Assembly: GCA_043825775.1 (NCBI GenBank)
Contig: JBDRRK010000012.1
Location: 129,237 to 193,236 of the forward strand
DNA length: 64,000 nucleotides
Reading direction: 5' to 3'
Source of the DNA: an archaeon
GTDB lineage: Archaea > Nanobdellota > Nanobdellia > SCGC-AAA011-G17 > GW2011-AR17
The notes under the pieces: model-generated
Database searches by the model: none
Seen by the model: only the letters and a program-made list of their open reading frames with translations
What the model was told of the DNA's origin: nothing
In this document: positions 56,091-64,000 of the stretch, piece after piece
Layout of the letters: each line of letters starts with the position of its first letter
How positions within the stretch are numbered: the first letter of the stretch is position 1
Program-made: the position numbers and the translations under genes

Positions 56091-57229
56091 GTATTGAAAC
56101 AAATATTAAGCTTTTGAATGAAGATACAGAACATCTTTATAGAGTTCAAAAGATTAAGTTTTCTTCAAGTAAACACATAACTACTCCAACTAAAACTATT
56201 CCTTTAGATAGGTTAAGATTAAAAGACTCATTGAATACAAAATCAAGGCAACTTAATGAAATTTTTAAAAGATTTACATCAGAAAAAATAAAAGAAGCCA
56301 ATGAAGACAATGATAAATTTACTAAAATTGAATCTGAATTTAATTCAAATATGAATAAAGTACAAGAAAATGATTCAACATTTTGTTTTTTGGATTTTGC
56401 TGAAAATATATTTCCTACCTCTGAAGAAATTGAATTTATGATAGATATTGCTTATTGTAATTCTGATATTACAACAATTCCAACCATAAGTCAAATTAAA
56501 ATAAAAGAAGAAAATTTTAGTGATTTTTTAAATTATCTTAATAATGCTATTGAAACAATTGAACAACTTAATAATAAACCAATAATGGGGATGATTCCTT
56601 CTGTGGCTCCTAAAAAAGTTGAAGATTTATTAAATCTTTATGAAGAAAAAGGGATAAATTCATTTCTTTTAGACTTAGATGGAAAAAACCCTATAACTGC
56701 AAGAATGAGAATTTTTAGAATTTTAAAAATATTAAATAAGAAAAAACTGCTTGATTCTTCTTATATTCATGGACATAATGTTGGAATGAGAGTAGCAAAA
56801 ATAGTAGATGTAATTCCTGCAAAAGATATTTTAGGATTTGGTTTAGGTTTAAACTCCTTAGGAGAAAAACGTAAAATATTTCATCCAAATAAAGCTTTTT
56901 TAAATTATATAAAAACAAATCCTGAAAATAAATTTAGATTATTTAATAAAGAGGATTATGGATATTGGAAAGGATTAGCTTCAAAAGAATTAGATAAAAT
57001 TTGGCCAGAAGATAGTAGCTTTGAGACTATTTCATTTAAAGAAGCAAAAACATCTGGTTATTTACAAAAAGCATTTAATGTTGAACAATTAGCTTTAGCA
57101 TCACATAAATTAAGAGAAATTGTAAACGAAGAACCCAATAAAACATTGGATTTTATCAAAAATAAAAAGTATGTTAAAAAAGAAGATATAAAAATTATTG
57201 AAAATGTAAAGAAAAAAATTGCTAAATAA
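56087..57229 (+). CDS. divergent tRNA-guanine transglycosylase (TGT)-fold protein
   Basis: N-terminal I.TPT.., IMG.IP, YIHG.N.G, G.G.NS.G, C-terminal N......LRE pattern; catalytic Asp motifs not evident. Confidence 0.45.
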   Translation: MSIETNIKLLNEDTEHLYRVQKIKFSSSKHITTPTKTIPLDRLRLKDSLNTKSRQLNEIFKRFTSEKIKEANEDNDKFTKIESEFNSNMNKVQENDSTFCFLDFAENIFPTSEEIEFMIDIAYCNSDITTIPTISQIKIKEENFSDFLNYLNNAIETIEQLNNKPIMGMIPSVAPKKVEDLLNLYEEKGINSFLLDLDGKNPITARMRIFRILKILNKKKLLDSSYIHGHNVGMRVAKIVDVIPAKDILGFGLGLNSLGEKRKIFHPNKAFLNYIKTNPENKFRLFNKEDYGYWKGLASKELDKIWPEDSSFETISFKEAKTSGYLQKAFNVEQLALASHKLREIVNEEPNKTLDFIKNKKYVKKEDIKIIENVKKKIAK

Positions 57230-57281
57230 ATTCTTAACTTTTTCCACAAGCTTTAAAAACAACCATTTAAATCCAAATGCT

Positions 57282-57644
57282 ATGGAATTAGAAGTAAGAG
57301 TAACAAATTATGATGGAGATTTAGAAGAACTAGGTAAAGTTTATCAAGAAGTTACAGGAACACCTTATGAATCTAAATCTTTTGATGAAACTGATGGAAT
57401 AAGCTTCTTACTAAACAGAGGTGGCTCAGGATATTCCTTATCAGCAATAAGATGGACAATTGAGCCTAGCTACAACCTTGTTCTAACTGCTTTTGGAAAT
57501 GATGCTCAAGTTTCAAGGGAAGTGATTGATGAATTTGCACAAATAACAGGATTAAAACCAATGGAAGCTCCCGCATACTTAAGAGAACAATTAGAAAATC
57601 AAATGGCTAAATCTCAATTAGTTTTTGCATTATTAGATCTTTAA
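57282..57644 (+). CDS. hypothetical protein
   Basis: ATG 57282 downstream of CTTTAAAAA. Confidence 0.55.
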   Translation: MELEVRVTNYDGDLEELGKVYQEVTGTPYESKSFDETDGISFLLNRGGSGYSLSAIRWTIEPSYNLVLTAFGNDAQVSREVIDEFAQITGLKPMEAPAYLREQLENQMAKSQLVFALLDL

Positions 57645-58627
57645 ATATCAAAAACTCCTGCAGGAACATAAGTTGTCTTATGATCCTTAACAACCCTTAA
57701 ATTCTCATAACTTTTTATTATATTACCAAATTCCTCTTTAAACTCAGATAAAACTTCCTGAAAATGAGTATTATTTTTAACATGCAAATCCACCATAAGG
57801 TTCCAATCCCCCACTGTATTAATAATAAATATTACATTTTTATGGGATTGTAATTTTTTTACAAACTTCATTTTCTCAGTTTCATTAATGCAATTCAATT
57901 CAAATAAAACAACATGCCATTCATAACCAAAAACAGAAGGATCAATTTTAATCTTAAATCCTTGTATCACTCCTTCTTTTTGTAGCATATTTAATTTCCT
58001 TGTGACTGTATCTTTAGCAATTTTAGTTTTTTTGGCTAATTCCAAAACACTCATTCTTGGATCAGTATCTAAAGTCTTCAAAAGCTTAACGTCCTTCTTG
58101 TCTAATTTAAACAATTCTTCATTTCCATAATAATCATCTTTTCTCAAATAACTTGAAGAATCAACAAGGTATTTATTCTTACATGAGATAGCAGACATAT
58201 CAATAATAAACTTCTTTTCTCTTATGTTTTCTCCGAACTTGCTGTAAATTCGATTCAAAGATTCATTAAATTGTAGAATATCTCTTGTGAAAATGGCTAT
58301 GACCAAATTCCATTTTCCTGTTGTGCTTGCAACCCAACCCACTGTATCCATATCCTTTAAAAAGTTAATAAGTTCCTCTTCCCTTTGCTTAGTCATGTTT
58401 TGTAATTGTAAGAACAGATCATAAAAACTATAACCTATCTTCTTCGTATCAATCATCATGAAGAAATGAGTTATTGCACCTGTTTTCATTAATCTTCTGA
58501 CCCTATATTTAACCATTTGTTTGGATAATTCTACCTTCTTGGCTATGTCTGCAAGGGACTGCCGTGCATCTAAGTCAAGTTCGTAAAGAATACGTTTATC
58601 TTTGAGATCAAGTGATGATGGAGGCAC
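57641..58627 (-). CDS. tandem Lrp/AsnC-family transcriptional regulator
   Basis: Two LD.KD..IL..L..D.R...A HTH units, each with an effector domain (G.WNL). Confidence 0.88.
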   Translation of the reverse strand: MPPSSLDLKDKRILYELDLDARQSLADIAKKVELSKQMVKYRVRRLMKTGAITHFFMMIDTKKIGYSFYDLFLQLQNMTKQREEELINFLKDMDTVGWVASTTGKWNLVIAIFTRDILQFNESLNRIYSKFGENIREKKFIIDMSAISCKNKYLVDSSSYLRKDDYYGNEELFKLDKKDVKLLKTLDTDPRMSVLELAKKTKIAKDTVTRKLNMLQKEGVIQGFKIKIDPSVFGYEWHVVLFELNCINETEKMKFVKKLQSHKNVIFIINTVGDWNLMVDLHVKNNTHFQEVLSEFKEEFGNIIKSYENLRVVKDHKTTYVPAGVFDI

Positions 58628-58729
58628 TATGATATTAACAGAATAGACTAAAAAATATATAAATTTTATGCAATTGTAAAAGAATCGTCATAAGCCATTT
58701 TAAGAACTAGTTTTGACATTATTACATAC

Positions 58730-58978
58730 ATGTTGGTCAGTCCAATCACAAACACTAACAAGATAATTAACGTGAACGGCAAGGTTTTCCACATTGAACG
58801 GAGAAGAAGAATTGACTTGAAAAAACCAATAAGAGACCTTTTTGACAATGAGAATTCTGAAGTTTACTACAAGATGGAAATATGTCTCAGTCCTGAAAAG
58901 ACAATAAAAAGAATAAGGGAACTGACGCAGAAAAGCATCATTCCTGTTATAATGTATTTCACGGTGAAAAATGAATAA
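58730..58978 (+). CDS. hypothetical protein coupled to the TFB gene
   Basis: 82 aa, overlaps the TFB start, backbone-like codon usage. Confidence 0.55.
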   Translation: MLVSPITNTNKIINVNGKVFHIERRRRIDLKKPIRDLFDNENSEVYYKMEICLSPEKTIKRIRELTQKSIIPVIMYFTVKNE

Positions 58979-59759
58979 ATGCCCAGAATGTCAAGGCGAA
59001 AGGTACTCAATTGATTCAAGAACAGGGGAATTTGTCTGCAGGAAATGTGGATTGGTTATTGAGGATTCCCCATTTGAAGTCCCTTATGTAAATGATGTTA
59101 TGAAGGAAAGGGCAGAAACCCCTTGCCTGTTAAAGGCAGGTGGGAAGGAAATAAGCGGGAAAGTGATCAGGAAGCACTGGATGAGATCAACAAAGGAGAA
59201 GAACATGAGAGACATGAAAGACAAACTGGATTTATTGAGCTCGCAGTTGAAACTCACTGAAAGGGCAAAGAAGGATGCATTCTTTTTCTTCAGGCAGGCA
59301 GTTGAATTGAAATTGAATGTGGGAAGGGGAAACATGAATTTATTGTGTGCATGCATCTATGCATCCTGTTTACTGCACAAGACTCCCAAGACATTTGACG
59401 AGATAAAGTTTTACACTGATATCAAAAAGAGAAAGCTGTTCAAGCCTTACATGATATTAAAGAAGAGATTAAATCTTGAAATGGAACAAGTGAATCCAGA
59501 GGATTTCATCCCGAGGTTCAGTTCAATTTTGAAATTGAAGCAGAGCACGATAACAAAAGCTTATGAGATATTGCATAAATTGGATGGTCATTATGTAATG
59601 TCGGGATGGCAGGCTCGAACAATTGCTTCGTGTGTCATTTACTTGGCCACTAAATTGAATAATGATTTCAGGCCTCAAAGAGAAGTTAGCAATGCAACTC
59701 ATGTGATTGAGACTACGTTGAGGAGAAGGTGCAGGGAGTTGAGTGTAATTATTAAGTAG
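58971..59759 (+). CDS. tfb: divergent transcription initiation factor B (TFB/TFIIB) paralog
   Basis: Zn ribbon CPEC...GEFVC.KCG.V; two cyclin repeats; PEDFIPRF; C-terminal HTH QREVS....V.E.TLR.R..EL. Confidence 0.88.
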   Translation: MNKCPECQGERYSIDSRTGEFVCRKCGLVIEDSPFEVPYVNDVMKERAETPCLLKAGGKEISGKVIRKHWMRSTKEKNMRDMKDKLDLLSSQLKLTERAKKDAFFFFRQAVELKLNVGRGNMNLLCACIYASCLLHKTPKTFDEIKFYTDIKKRKLFKPYMILKKRLNLEMEQVNPEDFIPRFSSILKLKQSTITKAYEILHKLDGHYVMSGWQARTIASCVIYLATKLNNDFRPQREVSNATHVIETTLRRRCRELSVIIK

Positions 59760-59806
59760 TAACAAATAGAAAGGTTTATAAATAGATATAATCTGATTTT
59801 ATATAT

Positions 59807-60544
59807 ATGAAATATCTAATTGAACCAAAAGACAGAATTTGGGTTGCTGTAAATGACAGAATAGTTGGGACTAATTCAGATGAAGAATTAGTGAGAAATT
59901 TACAAGAAAGAACTAACTCTGTTCAAACTTGGTTTTTTGACTTGGATGATAATCATGCTGATTCTCCTGCAAAAAAGATAGCATTTGGAAGAGTAGGAAC
60001 AAATATTTTTGATCCAAAATTCTTATATTGGGCTTTAACACAAGGAGCACCTGCAAAGTTTATTAAAAGTAAAGAATCAGAAGCTTGGAGAAAATATGTT
60101 AATAATTTTCTTCGGGATGAAGAAGCTCTACAAGAAGTAAGAGAACTTTTTACTGAAGAAACTGCTAGACAATCTTTATATCAAGGAGTTTTAGATTTTG
60201 CTAATCTAGTTTCAAGATCATCAAGGTTTTATGTTACTAGAAACATTGCAGAAGTTGCTGAACCTTATAGAAGTGCATTAGGGATTGATGGATTTTTCCC
60301 TGAAGCTGATAATAAAGAGAAAGTTGTTGAAGGATATCTTTCTCAACATCCTGAAGTTAGAATAATTGGTGTTGATGGAGATTCTGAAGAAGATGCAGCA
60401 ATGATTGAGGTTGCACAATTTTATGATAGAGAAGTTGTTTCTTTTTATAGTATGAATAAACCAAGAGATTCCCAAATGGATCAAAGATTTGATTACTCTG
60501 TAAGTAAGAATAAAAGTGGATTGGTTAGTTTACTACAAGAATAG
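59807..60544 (+). CDS. HAD-superfamily-like protein
   Basis: FFDLDD, LY.GV, VTRN, GDS..D. Confidence 0.65.
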   Translation: MKYLIEPKDRIWVAVNDRIVGTNSDEELVRNLQERTNSVQTWFFDLDDNHADSPAKKIAFGRVGTNIFDPKFLYWALTQGAPAKFIKSKESEAWRKYVNNFLRDEEALQEVRELFTEETARQSLYQGVLDFANLVSRSSRFYVTRNIAEVAEPYRSALGIDGFFPEADNKEKVVEGYLSQHPEVRIIGVDGDSEEDAAMIEVAQFYDREVVSFYSMNKPRDSQMDQRFDYSVSKNKSGLVSLLQE

Positions 60545-60548
60545 TTTT

Positions 60549-61529
60549 CTAAATTCCTAAATGGGTTGCAACCATAATTCTAAAAAAAGTTGGAGTATTC
60601 ATTGGCAAACCATACATTTCTCCTTCCTGCTTAATTAATTCATATTTTTTTCTAATCATTTCTCTGCCATCCATTTCAGAAACATCAAATCTAGGAATCA
60701 AAGTTCCTAATCTTCCAACTTGTTTTCTTACTAATCTAAGGTCTTCTCTGGCATGGCTATCAGTACTATAAATTAAAGGCCTATCAACTCTTTCTGCAAA
60801 ATCTCTTGATTCTCCATTTGTTCCAACCATATATAACGAATTAGCTGAATTTCCACCTTCAATAAACACGTCAAAATCTTCACAAGCTTGTTCAAGGTTT
60901 TGTTCTTCTGAATCATTTGCAGGTAAAAATCCAATATATCTTACTGGAATTGTAAATGGATGTGCTAGAGTTGTTGGACAACCTTGCATTTCAGCAGCCT
61001 TTAGAATATCATAACTTTTTTCTCCTTTTATATCATCAAAACCTTCAACAACAATATGCATCTCATGATGATCTCTTAATAATCCTTTTTTACTTCCATC
61101 AAATTCAGTTTCAAATTCTTCACTTTGTGTGAATACTACTTGTTGGTCTTCTTTTCTTAATACAACAGCATATTTATCTTGAAATACAACTTCTATTCCT
61201 TCCAAACTTGATAACCCTTCTCTAAATCCTTCAAAAGTTAAATAATTTACACCTTGTTTTCTATTACTGATTGTCTGCATAAATACATCCATATCAAATA
61301 CTAAATTTACTAAATCCTGAAGATTATTATGTTTTGAGAAGTGAGCATGTGAATCAACCAACCCCTTATCTAAAGGAACTTCTTTTCTTTTTCTATAATG
61401 TGAAGTGATAAATCTACCCAAATCATTCATTCCTTCATTTCCGAACATTGCCCAGTATCCTGTTGTTCCCGCCACAAATCCTACTCCTCCTAGAATTGCA
61501 CTTAATTTTAAAAATTGTCTTCTATCCAT
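60549..61529 (-). CDS. PHP-domain metallohydrolase with twin-arginine-like signal
   Basis: MDRRQFLK; VDSHAH, LAHPF, STDSH. Confidence 0.7.
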   Translation of the reverse strand: MDRRQFLKLSAILGGVGFVAGTTGYWAMFGNEGMNDLGRFITSHYRKRKEVPLDKGLVDSHAHFSKHNNLQDLVNLVFDMDVFMQTISNRKQGVNYLTFEGFREGLSSLEGIEVVFQDKYAVVLRKEDQQVVFTQSEEFETEFDGSKKGLLRDHHEMHIVVEGFDDIKGEKSYDILKAAEMQGCPTTLAHPFTIPVRYIGFLPANDSEEQNLEQACEDFDVFIEGGNSANSLYMVGTNGESRDFAERVDRPLIYSTDSHAREDLRLVRKQVGRLGTLIPRFDVSEMDGREMIRKKYELIKQEGEMYGLPMNTPTFFRIMVATHLGI

Positions 61530-61553
61530 AAATATTAGCTTTAAAAAGTTATT

Positions 61554-61967
61554 TTACATAATTTTTTCTATATTATCAACTTGATAAACTCGTCCTGCTT
61601 CACTTATCCAGGATTGTTCATCATCAGGAGCCATACTTGCATGAATACAATAGTTTCCAAAACCTTCTACATTAACTACAAGAGTATTATCTCCTAAATA
61701 AGTAGAAGAACAATTTTCTGAAGTATAAGCTACTCTTTCCCAGAATGGATTTGGACATTCAGAAGAAAAAACTGCTTCAGGATGTTCCTCTTGAATCTTT
61801 TCAACTAAAGCACTTGATATATGATCAGTATTTCTTTGTTTTACGCTTCCTATTTCTCCCACCCAAAGAATCATTGATACTGGAAAAAAAGAAACAGCAC
61901 CTACTCCAAAAAGAGCAATACCTACTCCTCCCAGTCCCGAATTTTGCTTTTTTTCTTGTTTTGCCAT
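61554..61967 (-). CDS. hypothetical membrane-anchored protein
   Basis: N-terminal TM; TTTATAAA promoter upstream. Confidence 0.55.
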   Translation of the reverse strand: MAKQEKKQNSGLGGVGIALFGVGAVSFFPVSMILWVGEIGSVKQRNTDHISSALVEKIQEEHPEAVFSSECPNPFWERVAYTSENCSSTYLGDNTLVVNVEGFGNYCIHASMAPDDEQSWISEAGRVYQVDNIEKIM

Positions 61968-61986
61968 ATAAATCATTTTTAAATGG

Positions 61987-62616
61987 TTATTTATAAAGCT
62001 TTTGTTCAAAGATTTTTAGAATTTCATGAGGAGAATTAACTAAAAAAGAAGGTTTTTCTTTTTTTAATAAATTTTTAGAGTTAAACCCCCATGAAACAGC
62101 AATAATTTCAATACCTAATTTTTTAGCAGCTCTAATATCTCTATCCTCATCACCTATGTATACAACTTCATTAAGGGCAAATTTCTGTTTTTTACATAAT
62201 CTTTTTAATATATTATGTTTTCCAAACAAGGAAGTATCTGAATATATAAAATCAAACAAGTTTAGCATATTGTATTTCATTAAAAATTTTCTTATATTGC
62301 TTTCTGAATTACTTGAAATTATTCCTAAGTGATATTTTTTAGATAATTTAGTTAAAACTCCTTTCATACCCCTGTATATTTTTATATCTTTTTTTATCCT
62401 TGATTTTATTCTCTTTTTAACTTCCTTTATATGTTTAGGAATTTTAAACTTTGAAATTTTTGTCTTAAATAGTAGTTTCTTTAAGCCAATATTCCTAGCT
62501 TCTTTTGGATTAATTTCTATGGAATATTTTTTTGAAAGTTCTATCCCATATTCTTCAACAACAAGGAAAGTATTTGCTATTGTTCCATCAAAATCAAAAA
62601 TAATAATTTTTTTCAT
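61987..62616 (-). CDS. HAD family phosphatase (PGP-like)
   Basis: IFDFDGT, ISSN, YIGD..RD..AA..G...IAV.WG. Confidence 0.92.
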   Translation of the reverse strand: MKKIIIFDFDGTIANTFLVVEEYGIELSKKYSIEINPKEARNIGLKKLLFKTKISKFKIPKHIKEVKKRIKSRIKKDIKIYRGMKGVLTKLSKKYHLGIISSNSESNIRKFLMKYNMLNLFDFIYSDTSLFGKHNILKRLCKKQKFALNEVVYIGDEDRDIRAAKKLGIEIIAVSWGFNSKNLLKKEKPSFLVNSPHEILKIFEQKLYK

Positions 62617-62670
62617 TAGATATTAATGGAGGAGAATATTTTTAAGTTTTTTGAGAATTATCTTTTAACT

Positions 62671-62865
62671 TTACTCGACCAGCCCATCAAAATGAACATC
62701 CTTTCCTGGATTATCCCTCTTCAGTTTCTCAATTATAGCCATCCTGACATAAGAAGACATGGAAAAACAATTACCAGTCTGTTTTTTCATCTCCTTCCAT
62801 AATTTATTAGGACAGCTAAAACTCCTCCTTTCACTTCTCATTATCTCATATTCAGTTTCTTCCAT
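62671..62865 (-). CDS. ribbon-helix-helix protein
   Basis: RRSFSCP..LW.........SMSSYVR.AI.EKL. Confidence 0.65.
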   Translation of the reverse strand: MEETEYEIMRSERRSFSCPNKLWKEMKKQTGNCFSMSSYVRMAIIEKLKRDNPGKDVHFDGLVE

Positions 62866-63037
62866 TTTCAAATATCCTCTTGTGAATTTCCTTGATCCTC
62901 TCCTCCATTGGCATTGACATAAACAAGCTAAATCTTACATAATCAGATTTTTTCAAGAATCCAGCAGATCTTGCTCTTGCAATCAGAATCTGCTCCTGAT
63001 CTGGAGTTATCTTCACCGTGAGAATCTTGCTCTTCAT
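62852..63037 (-). CDS. MobC-like ribbon-helix-helix protein
   Basis: KSKILTVKIT..Q...L...A..AG....SDYVR. Confidence 0.7.
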   Translation of the reverse strand: MKSKILTVKITPDQEQILIARARSAGFLKKSDYVRFSLFMSMPMEERIKEIHKRIFENGRN

Positions 63038-63084
63038 GAGAACTAAGTGTTTGCCATTATAAAAATATGGTTTGGATACAAAAA

Positions 63085-63104
63085 AGGTAACAGATTAGGT
63101 AACA
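63085..63104 (+). repeat. direct repeat AGGTAACA x2 upstream of the RHH operon
   Basis: Copies at 63085-63092 and 63097-63104. Confidence 0.5.
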
Positions 63105-63108
63105 AAAA

Positions 63109-63792
63109 TTAATATATCCAACCTTGCTCATGATATCTCATTACAGGTCCAATCATAGAAGTGAACCTTGCCTCTTCGATTGTCAAGGCAATGTCAGGTA
63201 TTTGTGCCCCCAAATTCATCCCATTATAATGTTCATGATCCTGAAGATAGAACCAATGTCTTGATTCTGCACTCCAAGCCACCTGAAGTAATGCTAGTTT
63301 AGTTAGTGGAAATAACTTATCTTCCAATGTTAAGTCTTGTAAGGGCTTAAATGATTGCAATTCTCTTTGACTTAAATGAAAATCATCTCTATTTACTGTT
63401 AACAAAATAAAATGACAATGTTGTTTTTTACTCTTATAATTATCTACGATAACTCCTAATGCGGCTGGATGAGAAAAATCACCCTCACTAAAATCTTCAG
63501 GGAATTTCTTATCCGAAAACACCTCTTCACATAATCCTCTTATTGCTGAGCCAATTGGTTGTTCTTCTCCTAATAGTTCTGCATTTCTTGTAATTGCTGA
63601 TGGGACCAAATGTCCACCCAAGGTTTCTTTGTAAAGTCTTTGATTAAATGGATGAGACAAACCTTTCTCAACTTTTTCCCCTATTGCCCCATAATAACCC
63701 TGGAATGGTTCAGTTCCTCTTTGTCCAAGGTAAATCTGTCCATTGATAACTGGTATTGTAAATGTAACAGATGTTCCGATTTTGTCTTCCAT
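63109..63792 (-). CDS. degenerate NUDIX hydrolase-like protein
   Basis: I.L.QR..EPFQG.YG.IG.KVE ... SAIR.L.EEV. Confidence 0.55.
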   Translation of the reverse strand: MEDKIGTSVTFTIPVINGQIYLGQRGTEPFQGYYGAIGEKVEKGLSHPFNQRLYKETLGGHLVPSAITRNAELLGEEQPIGSAIRGLCEEVFSDKKFPEDFSEGDFSHPAALGVIVDNYKSKKQHCHFILLTVNRDDFHLSQRELQSFKPLQDLTLEDKLFPLTKLALLQVAWSAESRHWFYLQDHEHYNGMNLGAQIPDIALTIEEARFTSMIGPVMRYHEQGWIY

Positions 63793-63863
63793 AAATCTTG
63801 TTTTTATCTAAGGATTTATAAATATTTTCAGATTGACCACCACCAAATAAATACAAAATTATC

Positions 63864-63882
63864 GGCGAGAGAAGTCGTAAAA
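63864..63882 (-). repeat. right-end inverted repeat GGCGAGAGAAGTCGTAAAA
   Basis: 18/19 reverse-complement match to 31855-31873. Confidence 0.8.
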
Positions 63883-64000
63883 AAAGGACAATATATATAA
63901 ATGAGTGCATCCACTTATATAGTAAGGCGGAGGAAAGCACGCTTACGCAAGTTCACTCCGACTAAAAAAGGGCTATATTTGCCAGAAAATCTATTTTACC

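Larger units (their letters stand above)
31853..64000. mobile_element. ICE-like integrative element (~32 kb); right end at ~63887 or just beyond the window
   Basis: Inverted repeat 31855-31873 / 63864-63882 (18/19); integrase at left end; VirB2/VirB6/VirB4-like genes, MTases, TFB, RHH. Confidence 0.75.

Noticed and set aside
34..63940. Numerous short antisense ORFs in the track (e.g. 34-270, 2078-2263, 14386-14696, 21374-21832, 28675-29082, 48366-48731)
   Set aside because: They are shadows of well-supported genes on the opposite strand, with F/L/S-rich composition and no motifs
31853..64000. Provirus or casposon
   Set aside because: No recognisable capsid, terminase, portal, PolB or Cas1; gene content is T4SS-like
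29947..64000. Diversity-generating retroelement or retron
   Set aside because: No reverse transcriptase motif seen and no TR/VR-like repeat pair noticed
63901..64000. Open frame MSASTYIVRRRK... or a small RNA hairpin (CGGAG...CTCCG, ~63928-63960)
   Set aside because: ATG is flush with the TATA-like tract, the region overlaps element-end repeat matches and is truncated by the window edge; not supportable

Overview
AT-rich archaeal chromosome segment, very likely DPANN (Woesearchaeales-like) from gene content, compactness and leaderless AAAnnTTTATAAA promoters. Positions 1-29931 are housekeeping: cbf5, L31e/L39e/S19e/L15e/L37ae/L11/L40e, nreA, aCPSF1, psmB, cca, thermosome, sepF, rpoP, tRNA-Pro, spt5, secE, ftsZ, aIF5A, trm11, taw1. 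Single self-promotered ORFans and two unannotated microproteins (one hyper-acidic, one H1-like basic) are interspersed. At 29947-31852 a tyrosine recombinase lacking the IntI-specific insertion sits beside three integron-like cassettes. Each cassette is enclosed by its own GTT...AAC terminal inverted repeats plus a cassette-specific inner inverted repeat. The array is cut at a cassette junction by a roughly 32 kb ICE-like element (about 31853 to near or just beyond 64000) bounded by inverted repeats. Its backbone is a catalytic-domain-only integrase, an Hjc-like resolvase, an orphan DNA MTase, a VirB2-like pilin, a VirB6-like protein, a PrgI-VirB4-nuclease fusion, a divergent TFB and an RHH pair. 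Four backbone operons share an ungapped 30-nt promoter motif with a non-host BRE, suggesting an element-specific TFB regulon. Cargo between backbone blocks includes a controller-regulated MvaI/BcnI-type R-M system and two candidate defence operons. All family assignments come from reading motifs by eye; no searches were run.
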